Shown here one piece after another: positions 12,865 through 25,315 of a DNA stretch of 64,000 nucleotides. Where the stretch lies: positions 94,552,001 through 94,616,000 of the forward strand of contig NC_045696.1 of NCBI RefSeq assembly GCF_009834535.1. Reading direction: 5' to 3'. This DNA comes from Camelus ferus (lineage: Eukaryota). Position numbers and translations under genes: made by a program. The stretch's first letter is position 1; every line of letters begins with the position of its first letter. Below the pieces are notes generated by a model, which saw only the letters and a list, made by a program, of their open reading frames with translations, was not told where the DNA came from and made no database searches.

Positions 12865-13790
12865 TGGTTTATTAAACAAATATTTTTGAGCACTCACTTT
12901 GTGCCAGACCATTGGAATGCATCAATGAATTTAACGAAAATTCCTACCCCTGATCCTTATGAGGGAGCTACTCTGTATCTTGACTGTGATGATGGTCACA
13001 CAAATCTACACACGTGATACAATCCCCTGGAACTGAATACATGCACAAAGCATTCATGGAACATTAGGGGAATCAGACTAAGGTAGATGAACTCATTCAA
13101 TGGCAGCTTTCTGGTTATGCTATTGGCTCACTGTTTTGTATGATGTTATCACTGGAGGAAGCTGGGTGACAGTATATAGGATCTCTGCCGATTTTTAACA
13201 TGTAATTGTAAGAAATAATACAATCATTTGAAAATAAAAGGTTTTTTTTTAAATTCCTTATCTTCAGAGCTTAAATTCTAGTGTCTGGAGACACAAAAAA
13301 TAACAAACACAGTAAATGAATAAATTATAAAGTAGTCTAGAAAGTAATTAAGTATTATAGAAGAAAATCAGGGTAAGGGGAACTAGGTCTATTATGAAGA
13401 TGGTATTTGAGCAAAGACAGAGCGGAGTGGAAACGCTCTGGGGAAAGCACTTAGTGGAGGAAACAGCATGGCAAAGACTCCACAGCAGGCGATGAACTTG
13501 AGCATTTAAAGAGTTACAAGGGGCCAGCTGGAGGAGAGGACAAGCCTCAGGTGATGGCGTCAGGGAATTATGAAGCACCTAAGTGCAGAGGCTCTTGGAG
13601 GCCACTGTAAGGACTTTGGCTTTTTCTCTGAGTTGGAAAGTCTATGGAAGATCAAGGATCTCACTGGCTCCCGTGTTAAAAATAGAGTGTAGGGGAAAGA
13701 AGAGTGAAAGCCGAGAGACCTGTCGGGAGGCTAATGCAGGCATCCAGAAGAGAGAATTGATGATTTGGATAGGACACAATGAGAACTATG
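12865..13790 (-). mobile_element. L2 remnant interrupted by an old L1 3' end
   Basis: AACAAATATTTTTGAGCACTCACTTTGTGCCAG (antisense L2 end); L2-like text resumes after 13255 (GCCACTGTAAGGACTTTGGCTTTTTCTCTGAG). Confidence 0.7.
12961..13254 (+). mobile_element. Old L1 (L1MC/MD-type) 3' end nested in L2
   Basis: TCTGTATCTTGACTGTGATGATGGTCACAC...GATGTTATCACTGGAGGAAGCTGGGTGA...AAAATAAAAG; TCCTTAT on both flanks (possible TSD). Confidence 0.7.
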
Positions 13791-14196
13791 GCAAAATCTA
13801 GCAATTTATTACTTTTGTATGGTGACTTGCCCAGCAGTGCTTAATATGACAATTGCAGTTTTCAAAGACTCACAATGTATTTCCAAGGAGAACTACATAT
13901 AATCAGATTATGCAATGTCTATTTGTATAAATTACAAATTTTGCTTTTTGCAATAAGAAATCATAAAGATCCTATTTGTAAACTGTAAGTCTTTATGAAA
14001 CACCAAACGCTTAAACAAAGTCTTGCCATATGAGATTCAGAAAACTTCTACTACCCTCACTTCCCTATTTTTTTCTTTTTTTTCTTTTCCATTATACCTA
14101 TTCTGATTGTTTAGAATACAAAGGAGGCTTGCTGTCCACATACCTTTTGCTCACCTGATTGAAGCAGGCTAGGTCAGGACCACTGGCTGGGAACTC

Positions 14197-14215
14197 TGGC
14201 GCCCTCTACTGACTC
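14197..14215 (-). promoter_or_regulatory. Candidate CTCF site (reverse orientation)
   Basis: Minus strand reads GAGTCAGTAGAGGGCGCCA; core TCAGTAGAGGGCGC differs at 1 of 14 positions from CCASYAGRKGGCRS. Confidence 0.55.
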
Positions 14216-14941
14216 AATCAGAGGGCCAACAAGAAACCAGATTCATCTGTCCCATATAATAAGAAAAATCAAAAGAAGAAAAATTTTCTGTATGTTATCC
14301 AAGTGTGGTGTTATCCAAGAAAAACATCTTTAAAGCTTTTGAAAAACACAGATGCCCGCACTGTCTATTGTTTAGAAACTGAACATTCTTACAGGTTGAA
14401 TACGGTAGAGACTGAGCCCATTCTGTTTCTCTACCACTGTGATTTCACTCTGAGTAGATTACAGGTGCTTTATTGACTGTTTATATGGCCCATAAACAAT
14501 ACCTCCTTAAAATCATTAAAATATATGCACTTGCTTGCTAAAATTACAAATGCAATTTTGAAATAATTCAGTCTCTTCAGTATTCAAAAGCAGATGCCCT
14601 TTTGAAAATGTCATTTATCCTGAAGTTCTCCCAGCCAGGTGGAAAAGTTTTAACACAATTAAATGTGAATAAAGTGGAAGTAGAATAAAAATGTATTATG
14701 TGATAGAATAAAAAGCAACATTCTCCTTAAAGAATTCTTGAAAGCAACAGAAAAAGCTGCATATTCATACAGTGAAGATTGCTTCTAGTTTCTTTGTAGC
14801 AATATGATATTGACAATGAAACTGTTTACTCATATGACCCTAGATATGAAAAGAAAATAATCTCAGCATTATTAATTCTGTGAAAACCTCCACACTTTAA
14901 CATCTTTCAACCTCAGGCTTCTGTTTTCCTGTTCCCAGACA

Positions 14942-14960
14942 TCACAGCAGGGGGAGTCGC
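14942..14960 (+). promoter_or_regulatory. Candidate CTCF site (forward orientation)
   Basis: TCACAGCAGGGGGAGTCGC resembles CCAGCAGGGGGCGC; weaker match than the 14197 site. Confidence 0.4.
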
Positions 14961-15425
14961 CTCCTACGCGAAGCTTTTCTTCAGCCAAGAGGTGCTTCCT
15001 ATGATAGAATATTTCTTTATGCTTCTCTAGATGTCATAATCCCTAAGAAGTGAAACTAAATGAAGATTTTAAAATTCTCTGTAACTTCCTGTCCTGTTCA
15101 CAAATCAATCTATAAAAGTAGACATGAATTTGACTTAAAAGAATATACCAAGTAGGAAAAAAACCCACATAACTCAGAGATGCAGATTCCACAAACTCAG
15201 TGTTTTTACACATTAACAAATAACTTGGTTATGCATTATTTATTTGCACATTAATTTTGTAAATGAATAATATACATACTGCATCACATTCAGGGTGATA
15301 TAGGCTGAGGCTTTAAATTTGGAGCAATAAAATACTACGCTTTCTGGACACATTCATTGTATTGTCAATATTGACAATAGGTCTTTCTAAACATTTTGGA
15401 AATAATGCTTCATTTAAAAAATTGT

Positions 15426-15502
15426 GGGGGAGGGCATAGCTCAGTGGTAGAGTGCTTAGCATGCACAAGGTCCTGGGTTCAGTCCCCAGTACCTCCATTA
15501 AA

Positions 15503-15554
<52 letters not shown>

Positions 15555-15608
15555 CCTAATTACCTCCCCACCAAGAAAAATAATTTTTTAACTAATTAAT
15601 TAAAAAAA
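15426..15608 (+). mobile_element. Vic-1-like SINE containing an (ATAG)n microsatellite
   Basis: GGGGGAGGGCATAGCTCAGTGGTAGAG...GGTCCTGGGTTCAGTCCCCAGTACCTCC; near-TSD AAAAAA(T/G)TGT. Confidence 0.9.
15503..15553. repeat. (ATAG)~12 microsatellite in the SINE A-rich linker
   Basis: Perfect tetranucleotide tandem repeat. Confidence 0.95.
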
Positions 15609-18029
15609 GTGTTATAGAAACTGCTTCCTTTGGTTTATTCAGTACCTGGTATTTATAGCAGAAACAAGCCTTTCTTTTCAATTTTTAAATAATCAAAAAG
15701 AGAAGAAAATAATCTCTTTTGCTACTTTCTATTAACTGTATGTCTCCTCAGAGTAGGAAACGTGCCTTAAATTGTGTCTATATCTGAATAAATCTTTTAC
15801 AACTAAGTACCTCAAACTGTCACTTCACTACTTTGCAAAGAAAAAATGATTTGATCTGTAGAGTTCAGAATTTATTTCTTCTCCCTCTTTGCTGATCTCC
15901 AAGCGAGTTAACACATTACAGTAATATGCTCCTCTTTTCCTGCCGCCAGCTCTATCCAAACAAAACAAATTACTGCACTTTTTGCTGCTGGTCAACCTTC
16001 TGTGTAATCATCATCACATGACATTTTTCTGTAGTCTCCAAAGAGACTCAGTTTGAGATGCAACTCCTACATGGTTATCACTCGGGCTCCATCTCCCTGT
16101 AATCTCATGACTACTCCCTCTCTGTGACCTTATTCCTATCTTTGCCGCTCTCTCAACTTGCAACCTATTAAGTTCGGGTTCCCAATTTGGAAGTCTGTAC
16201 CCACACACTCACTCTTCTCTCCGCCTCTCCTATCATTCATTCTGCCGTCCCCTGCTGCCTACGATATGACTTTGCAAACATTATCTTCACACTCTGCAAA
16301 TGCAACCTTGTTTTCCTTCAATTTCCTAGTAAATCAAATCCATATGCCTTACTTAAGAGCCTGTATCTCCCGTTCATCAGTCGATCCTCTCACGCAGCTT
16401 CTCAGATAGAAGTTCTACTGATTCACATCTCTCAAACATGGAGGCAGGAAGTCAGGAACCCCAGAGATTAGAGTCTGAGATTGACACAGGCAAGAGTGCA
16501 GAACTGATCAAGGGCTTGCAAGCTGTCTTATCAGCAAGACTTACTCTCCCCCCAGGTTCTCCACATATTCTCAGATTATAGTAGAAACCAAAGCAGAATA
16601 TGAAGTACCAGTAACTGATATGGTAACATGATACTGACTGCTGTAATCTGCCCCACTAACGGAGGAGCAACTAGACGTGGTGGCACTGCCTCTCTGCCAT
16701 TTAGTCTTAAACTGCTTCTTATTATCACTCTTTGGAAATACAATATTGACAATGAAAGGACCTACTCATTTGTTTTTCTACCTTTGTCCCTTTACTCTGA
16801 GAACACTGCAGGTACTTCAATACTGTATTAAGCACACTGGTCCTGTCACGCTGGAGGTCATGTTGCGTCTGTTGGTATCACGCCAGGAAAGAACTGCTGT
16901 TGGCTTTACATCTCCTGAGTCGCCCAACGCAGTATTCTGAACATAATAAACTTACGTAGAAGGACAGTGTGGTGTGCACCTGCCAGTTCATGGGATTTTT
17001 GTTCTCCAACCCATCAACCCATGTTTTCGTGTGATTATCATTAAATAATGAATTTGCATATAACCCTTCCAATCCAAAGCACACACATGTGCATGAGTGT
17101 ACACACAATTTTTTTTTTTTTTTGTAGTTTTTAATCTTACATCCAGGACCTCCACAATCAGTTTCTTGTTGATTTCTCTGCTCTCATTTCCCTTTATATC
17201 TCTACACAAATCAGCAATCGCAGCACGGAGAGTGGCTTTTCACCTTTGCCAATTTCTGGGTTTGGGGAATTCTAGGACTTCTTTATAAACGTCAAAGCCA
17301 GAGCAGACTAGAGAACGTGGATAAAACACTCCACATTTTTTAACCCCACAGTGACACCATCAAAGGTCAATAGCAGAAGCAACAGTGCCTGGAAATTCTC
17401 TTTCCTGTCCTCGTCTTATTTACTTTATTTGCATTTAATACAATAGCCAGAAGGCAAGAGATGCTGTTGGTGGGGCAAAAAGGGAGAATGTGCAGAGTTT
17501 TGACAGGTTTTTATCTAGACTTCCTGAAAAGTGCACTGTCTCTAAGCTACACTCACTCTTACAGTTAGAAGGATGTAAGCAGACCAGAGTTCTGCATGTT
17601 TGTTTTGTCTCTCCCTTCTCACAAAGTCTGGCTGACCTCTGGGCAGTTTTTTCTAAATTTATTAGCTTAACTTCTATTTCTAAAAGAGAAGGGGGAAAAT
17701 ACCATATAAGATGATATATGCTAAATTCCAACTGAATATGCATATTAAATTAAATAATTACTATGTGCGTATTCTTCAGAGTAACAATCCATCACAAAAG
17801 GTCAGGCCAAAATATATACTTAATTCACAGCTCCCGCAAACTACACTTGTAAATCACTTCCCAGAATCAGATTTTCCTTGAGAGCTACAGACTTTCAATA
17901 CCACCCAGCTAACTCAATGTCTCTGTACTATGACTACGATTTTTTTTCCTTAGTGGAACATATGCCCTTGTATTGAGTGTTTTTTCCTGTGATAATGAAA
18001 TCAGTTTGAAGCAAAACCTACTGGAATGT

Positions 18030-18423
18030 ACCCTTCAGTCGCTGCTGTGTACACAGCATCTCAAAGGCTCAGAATAACAGGGAGCACTTACTGTGCTCCG
18101 AAGCCTGTGAGTCCGCCGGGGCAGCTCTGCTCCGCACGCCCAAATCCTCCTGGGACCGGCTGAGATGTGTTTCTTTTGCGGGCCGTGGCAGAGAGCAAGA
18201 GAGCAAAGCCTATCAGTTAAGTTCTATTCGAGCCTCTGCTTTGGTTTAAGTCGGCTAACAACCCGCGGCCAAAATAAGTCATGTAGCCAAGTTCAAAGGC
18301 AACAACAGGGGTGGAAGGGACTGGAATATATCCACCTTTAGAGAAAGAAATTGCAAAGCTACAGGCAAAGGAGGTGGATACAGGAAGAGATTTAGACCCA
18401 GGGCCAAGAATTCAATCTACCCA
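18030..18423 (-). mobile_element. MLT1 (H/I-type) MaLR LTR
   Basis: GGCCAAAATAAGTCATGTAGCCAAG and GAAATTGCAAAGCTACAGGCAAAGGAGGTGGATACAGGAAG match antisense old MLT1 LTRs. Confidence 0.65.
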
Positions 18424-18469
18424 TTTTCTAAATCAGCGAGTAAACAAAGTGCCACGGATGATAATAAGA

Positions 18470-18757
18470 GGAGGTATGCGTTCATATGACTTCGCTCATA
18501 TGTGGAGTATAAAAACAAACAATAAATACTTTAATAAAAACACGTAGATACAGAACAGAGCAGTGGTTAGCGGAGGGGAAGGGTTGGGTGAGATAAAATT
18601 GGATAAAAGGGGTCAGCTGAGTGGAGATGGATGGACACTACAGTTTTGGTGGTGAGCACACCGTAGTGTATATGGAAGAAGAAATATAATGTTGTACACG
18701 TGAAACCTATATGATGTTATGAAGCAATGTTACCTCAATAAATATAAATGTTAAAAA
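18470..18757 (+). mobile_element. Older L1 3' end
   Basis: CTCATATGTGGAG...TTTGGTGGTGAGCAC...AATGTTGTACACGTGAAAC...AATGTTACCTCAATAAA plus A-tail. Confidence 0.8.
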
Positions 18758-18779
18758 CAGGTTAGTTTAGAGACTTTAA

Positions 18780-18960
18780 AGAGTTAACATATTTTATATA
18801 CAGCATCTTATTTAAGCCACACAACCATCCTGTAAGTAAATCATTACGAATAGAAACTATCCTTATGACGCGTGACAAACTGAGGTTTAGAGAGTTTCAG
18901 TGACTGGCCCAAAGGTATGCAGCTAGCAATCAATAGAACAGGAATCTTGATCAGTATCTA
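18780..18960 (-). mobile_element. MIR remnant
   Basis: AAACTGAGGTTTAGAGAGTTTCAGTGACTGGCCCAAAGGTATGCAGCTAG, antisense MIR core. Confidence 0.7.
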
Positions 18961-20179
18961 CCTCTGTGTTAGAAATAAAATGTGTATGGGACTGAAGACA
19001 TAATTTTTTAAATCTGAAATTACAAAAATTTAAACCAGCTAAAGCACACACACTTCCTTCTGAGAAAAAGGAGATCTGGCTTCCAGAAGCTCTCGATGTA
19101 CACTTTACCTACTTGTGTCCAAAGAAGAAACACAACACCCGTCCACAACCCCAGCTACAGACGCATCATGGGAGGATTTTTGTTGGCTGGACTGAGTCTA
19201 CCCCTAGACTGATAGCTGTGTTTGGGGGTGCAGGGTGCTGTGACCAGACCAGCCTGAGACAGGGACCTGCCCCACCAATCGCTGTAGCCAAGGAGTTGAT
19301 TACAATGAGGTTCTCATAACAATTACGTGGGGCTGAGGAGCAGTGAGAGAGAGGAATAATGCTGGTCCCACAAAGAAGAGACAGATAAAACAGTTCATGA
19401 TAATGATCACTAAATTGCAATAGCTATTTAGCATATTAATTTCAAAATGTTCTCAGTGGTCAATATACTTGTTCCTTCTCCAATGGTCAAAAATTATTTT
19501 TTCCTTCTTCATTAAGCAACCATATTCCAAGTGTTTACTTGATTAAGAGCAATTCTGTCTTTGAGAACTGTCATAATCTTAACGTGCATTGTTCCTGAGT
19601 GTTCTGACAATCACTGCTGGATTTGTAATGTGAATCAAATCTTCTTATATTCATCCACAGTACAGACCTGTCATTGAAAACAGGTATGGTGAAAATAAAT
19701 TCTTTCAGGAATGAGCTTTATCAACATGTGGGAAGAGAAATATAAGAAGCAGCAGGAAAGATTACACATTTTTAGAAATCAAATTGTTCTATTTGTTTTA
19801 GCAAATCATATATCCTACAAGTCTTTAAGAGCCTGACTTCAAAGTTGAAGGAAGAGAATTTTATCTTGAACAAGAAATCCCTTTCAGACAGGATAATTTT
19901 TCTGCAGAGAGGAAAGGGTGTTTATTTTGATCCCACCTTCTGACCCTGGTAATATCACCAGCCTAGCACCATGAGCTGTGCCATCAGGCACGTGTGTACA
20001 TGTGGCTAAAACAATAAATGTGTTGAATGTAGCAGTCTCGTCAGATTAGACCTGTGAGACATGTTCTCATTTTTCCCTTTCCCCTTTACCTAGGAGTCTG
20101 GAAATTTGAACATGTAAAATATGGGTATCTTCGCAGGAGAGCAATAATGGAAGGGTTCATAGAAAAATAGTCTGATCAG

Positions 20180-20345
20180 GTGAAACGGGCCCACGGTTCT
20201 GGGAGACTGACTTGGACACCCAGGTCACTTCACCTCTCTGAGTTGTAGTTCCTCTTGTTCAAAATAAAGATGAATTTGAATAATAACCAACTTAGAGGAT
20301 TGTTGTAAAGAATAAAACACCTATTTTAAAAGTATTTTAAGTTGC
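20180..20345 (+). mobile_element. MIR remnant
   Basis: CAGGTCACTTCACCTCTCTGAG...TAGAGGATTGTTGTAAAGAATAAA. Confidence 0.6.
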
Positions 20346-20792
20346 AAAGAACCAAACACTCCAAAAGTTATGTAATAAATATATATTGTCAGATGACACG
20401 GCTGGTATTAATCCTAGCCCCATCAGATTTAAGAAATACAGGGTGACATTTTTTCCCATTTATAAGTGATAAGGGTGTCCTGAACAAATTAATAAGAACT
20501 TAGAAGGCTTGTTTAATCTATTTAAAGAAATGAAGTCATTTTTTGGAATGATGAAACAAATTACCAATTTGAAATGAATCATCCCTTTATGGAAACTGGT
20601 CAAAGCAAGATCTACCATTCTAAATGAAAAATTAACTTTGTTAGCAAATTCTAGTTACTGAATATAACTGCAAGTCACAAAAGTAAATTTCAAAAAAAGA
20701 TAATGATATAATTATTGTCATCATTTTAAAAGTTTACATCCTATATGTAAAGAAATATTTATAATAAATGATATGCAGTCTAGTTTTTCTAT

Positions 20793-20887
20793 ATTATGAA
20801 AATGAATACAAGTATATATATGTATGACTGAAGCATAATGCTGTACAACAGAAATTGACACATTGACACTTCAAATTAAAAAAAAAT
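20793..20887 (+). mobile_element. Very short L1 3' tail inserted into an older L1M 3' end (~20760-21015)
   Basis: TATGTATGACTGAAGCATAATGCTGTACAACAGAAATTGACAC plus A-run; flank GTATAAATGAAAGAAGATCGGCCAT... is L1MC/ME-like. Confidence 0.7.
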
Positions 20888-22249
20888 ATGAGGAAGGGTT
20901 GAATGAACGAGGGTATAAATGAAAGAAGATCGGCCATTAATTGATAATCACTGAAAAGACAGGGTTTCATTCTCTGCACTTTTATGTGTGTTTGCAAATT
21001 TCTACATTTGAAAAGTGTTGTTAACATTCAAGGTTCACACTTCCTCAAATTTGAAGTGGCTAAGTTCATACATGTGTGTATGATTTTGTGCGTGTGAATG
21101 CTTTAAGTCAATTTTCACGGGTACTACTTTCCCAGGAAATTGACAGAGATACTTTAACATAGGCTGGAATATCTAGCAATAATCGTACCATGATAATACA
21201 TTATACAAATATATATAAAAAAAATAAAAGATATTTTTAAGAGAGAATGAGAAGAGAAATCATTAAACAAACAGCCTTGATGACACACCCCAGACCTTAG
21301 TTCCCTCGACAGTTTATAACTCCATGGAACACACTGACTTTGGCCTCTAGAAAGACTAGTACTAGTTAGAGCCCCACTGGGGTAGCTGACTCCTTTTTCC
21401 AAGCTGGCCTTCCAAACAGCACACACTGCACATGGGAGAAAAAGTAGGCAGGTGCTTCCAGATCTGTCCAGCAGAACTGCCACCAGGGACATTTTTTCTT
21501 ACTTTCCTTAGTTTTTCCTCTCCTTCTACGTCTCCCGCAGCATACAACAAACATCCTTGACTACAGCCTTGCCACGTGAGATGTTCCTACTCTTGAGACA
21601 ATTCCATACAGCAAAATGTGCGTCGCCCGCAGCAGGTCAGGGCTGAGCCGTAAGCGTGGGAAACAATGAAACCCAAGATGGACAGATGCCATCCCTACCC
21701 TCAGACAATGCGTTCTCTCAGGAAATGAGTCACTTTGAATGTACTGAGTTTTAAGCAGGTGAAGGGCAGGGAGCTATGGGAGTGCAGAGCAGAGTCACTG
21801 CCCTGCTGTGCGCTGGATTCCCGGGGTTCTGCTGAGCCCCAAGAGCCCCATGACAAATCTCCTGGGTTTTAGACACGTGGTAAACAATTCTGCCTGTGAT
21901 ATATCAAACTTTAAGTTGCACAATTTCTGATGAAGAAAACGTTTCAAATTATTCACCAATCAAGGTTTTAATTTCTTTAGATAATAATTAAAATAAATGA
22001 ATGTACTTTTTGTGTGTGTAGCAGCATGAACCGATATTGTGGGGGTGTTGGTTCTTCTGGATCTTGCATTCTGACAGCCTGAGATTCTACCAAAGCCTGC
22101 TACTTACTTACCCCTTTCAGGAAAACCTCGCTGACTCCATCTGGACTAGCCTTATCCTTCTAGGTTGGCCTCTGCACCTGTGAATGCCTGTTGCCCATGG
22201 GTGATCTCTCAGCGCACCTGCTGTATAGTTATGTCAGTCTGAACTCTTG

Positions 22250-22570
22250 GAGGTTCAAGGAAGCAACAGTAGGAACAGCTGTGAATCGGCAATCAAATGA
22301 TGTCATGATGACCTGGTCTCTTTTCATCTGTTACTTACAGTTCTCTCTGTCTGCGGTTCTCATTCCCAGGCTAGCCCTTTCTAAGTGTGGGAGGCTGCTA
22401 GTTGTCCCAAATTTGAAATCCAAAAAGAGGAGAGACCTTGTCTCAGTATTCACATATCAAATTTTATGAAAGGGCTCTGATTGGAATTGTTAGACTTGTG
22501 TTCTTATCCTTGAGCCAATTTGTGGGTTCCATGAAGTAAACACGGAGCGATGGAAGCGTTCTCTCTCAAA
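22250..22570 (-). mobile_element. Old MLT1 (K/L-type) LTR fragment
   Basis: CAAATGATGTCATGATGACC...GCTCTGATTGG...TTATCCTTGAGCCAAT pattern. Confidence 0.45.
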
Positions 22571-24027
22571 GACACACTTACTGCGCAGACAGAAGTGTCA
22601 GTGCAAGGATTTTATGAACATTTGGTTGTGTCCATCTCCTCTAAGGGACTACATGCTAGCCAAAAAGCTGTGTCTTACTAATCTTTTTATACTCAGTAAA
22701 GGGCCCACCCTTATTAGGTATTCAACAAATGCTGATTAAATAAATATGTAAAAGAATGTCAATAACCATCTAGGAAGAAAAGAGAGAGGAGGACAGACTG
22801 TGCTGAAATAAATTCTGAAGCACATCAGAGCGGATGAGTGCCGGGGTTGCCCACGCCAGACAATGCGCAGAGGATCAGAAGTGTTAAGTTAGAATAAGTA
22901 GCGCTTCACCTTTAAATCTTTTTGAAAATGTTTTTAAGAGGATATGCTGCCTTACTACTCAGCTGACATCAGACACAGAGAGGCTTCATTTAAATCTTTC
23001 TCTCTTTTTAATAACAGATAAGAATGCTCACGGGATGATTAAAATTGTACCATATCCCTTTAGTTTTGTGCTAACTCTGCCACCGAATCACTGAAAGTTC
23101 TACTCTGGGATGCGTTAGAGATCTGGGGCTCAAGGTACAAGCTGCAGAACCGGAAGCCTCACTGACTTCAGCTTAACTTTCAGAAACTTTGACAGTGAAA
23201 GTATTCAAAGGCAGAAAATCCTATGCCATGTGTGTTATACCCTGATGTTAAGTGTTTACATAATGAGAGAATATATCATATTACATTGGGGGCAGTGGTG
23301 ACAGTTCAAGGCGCCCAGCAATCATAAACAGGACCACAAACAGAGTTTCAAGGAAGGGAGAGTGTGATTTAATCATCAGGTGCCCAGAGAGGTTGAGGAG
23401 ACTGGAGCAGTACATGAGAGAATTATTTGTTACTGGGGACCTTTAAGACATGAAGGGCAGTTGAAACAGGAGCAAGTCATATGGTAAGAGAGACATTATT
23501 GAAGCCAAGTAGCCCAGGGTAATTTTTTCAAGATATTTAGTAGCAAAGAGTAAAGGAAGCTGCAGAGCTGCAGAGAAAGTGGTAGCGTTTTTTTAGTCTG
23601 TTTGTTTTCATTTGCTTCTATAAATAAGGAAAGGTTGATGGTGTTTGTAGGTAGAGGGGAAGGGCCAGTCAAGGGAGTGGATTATTTCAGGATAGAGGAA
23701 CTATTTTGTGGAGGAAAACCCTGGAGAAGGTGAAAGGGGATGTGTTATAGCAGAGCTGAACAGATTACTGTAGGTAAGGAAGAAAAGCCAAAGGCCTGAG
23801 GAATGCATTTCTTTTATATTAGATCATTGTTATTTTAAAAAGATGCATTAGCCAGATAATTTCCATGCCCAAGTAATTCAGACAACAGTAAACAACCATT
23901 TTTACATTTGCATTCCTTAAAAAAAAAAGAAACTAAGATTATATTGGAAAAGTTCAATAATAAAAATGGTTTCTTCTATGTAGGCCATTATAAAATAAAA
24001 AGGGTAATATAAACATACAATGCACAG

Positions 24028-24219
24028 CGGGCAGGGTATGGCTCAGTGGCAGAGCACATGCTTAGCATGCACAAAGTCCTGGGTTCAATTCCCCAGTACC
24101 TGTATTTAAATAAACAAACAAACAAATAAATAAATAAATCTAACTACTCCCCCCCAAAAAAACCCAAAAAATCCAACCAAATAAATATAAAGGCATTAAA
24201 ATCTGAAAAAAAAAAAAAA
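24028..24219 (+). mobile_element. Vic-1-like SINE followed by a (TA)n(CA)n microsatellite (to ~24263)
   Basis: GGGTATGGCTCAGTGGCAGAGCACATGCTTAGCATGCACAAAGTCCTGGGTTCAATTCCCCAGTACC. Confidence 0.9.
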
Positions 24220-24340
24220 TATATATATATATATATTCACACACACACACACAAACACACACAAAGCCAAATACGGGAGAATTAAACATACTAAAACATT
24301 GGGAAAACAAAATAATCAGATTATTTAAAAATAGAATTCA

Positions 24341-24644
24341 GGAATCTCCATACTGTTTTCCATAACGGCTGCACCAAACTGCATTCCCACCAGCTGTGCA
24401 GGAGGGCTCCCTTTTCTCCACAGCCTCTCCAGTATTTGTCATTTGTGGACTTTTGAATGATGGCCATTCTGACAGGTGTGAGGTGATACCTCACTGCAGT
24501 TTTGATTTGCATTTCTCTGATAATTTGTAATACTGAACATTTTTTCATGTGCCTGTTGGCCATTTGTATGTCTTCATTGGAGAATTGCTTGTTTAGGTCT
24601 TCTGTCCATTTTTGGGTTGGGTTGTTTGTTTTTTTATTATTAAG
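24341..24644 (-). mobile_element. Inverted 5' segment of an L1 (ORF2)
   Basis: Minus-strand [13 protein letters not shown]...[21 protein letters not shown]...[26 protein letters not shown] is L1 ORF2. Confidence 0.93.
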
Positions 24645-25264
24645 ATATATGAGTATGATCTAGCAATTCCACTCCTGGGCATATATGCAGAGATAACCTT
24701 GATTCAAAAAGATATATGCACCCCAATGTTCACAGCAGCACTATTTATAATAGCCAAGATATGGAAACAAACTAAATGTCCATTGACAGATGACTGGAAA
24801 AGAATATATATTTATACAATGGAGTACTACTCAGACATAAAAAAGAACAAAATAAATACATGGATGGATCTGGAGCTCATCATTCTAAGTGAACTAAGCC
24901 AGAAAGAGAAAGAAAAATGCTCTATGATATCACTTATATGTGGAATCTGGAAAAAAAAAAAAGACAAATGAATTTGTCTATAAAACAGAAACAGACTCAT
25001 AGACATAGAAACACTTAGGTTATCAGAGGAGGAAGCGGGTGGTGTGAAGGGATAAATTGGGATTCAAGATTTGCAGATACTAATATATATGAAATAGACA
25101 AACAGCAAGTTCATACTCTATAGCACAGGGAACTATATTCAATATCTTGCAGTAACTTATGGTGGAAAAGAATATGAAAGTGAACATATGTATGTCCATG
25201 TATGACTGAAGTGTTATGCTGTACATGAGAAATTGATACAACATTGTAAACGGACTATACTTCA

Positions 25265-25267
<3 letters not shown>
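24645..25267 (+). mobile_element. Non-inverted 3' segment of the same L1
   Basis: [11 protein letters not shown]...CTPMFTAALFIIAKIWKQ..CP.TDDW...YTMEYYS, then 3' UTR; AGAATTCA flanks the whole element at 24333-24340 and 25319-25326. Confidence 0.93.

Positions 25268-25312
<45 letters not shown>
25268..25312. repeat. (AT)n microsatellite replacing the L1 poly(A) tail
   Basis: About 21 perfect AT units. Confidence 0.95.

Positions 25313-25315
<3 letters not shown>

Noticed and set aside
16950..17250. Minus-strand donor-like sites (GTAAGT near 16950, GTAAGA near 17136) after short open frames
   Set aside because: No convincing upstream acceptor, an in-frame stop upstream of the 17136 frame, and peptides not recognisable
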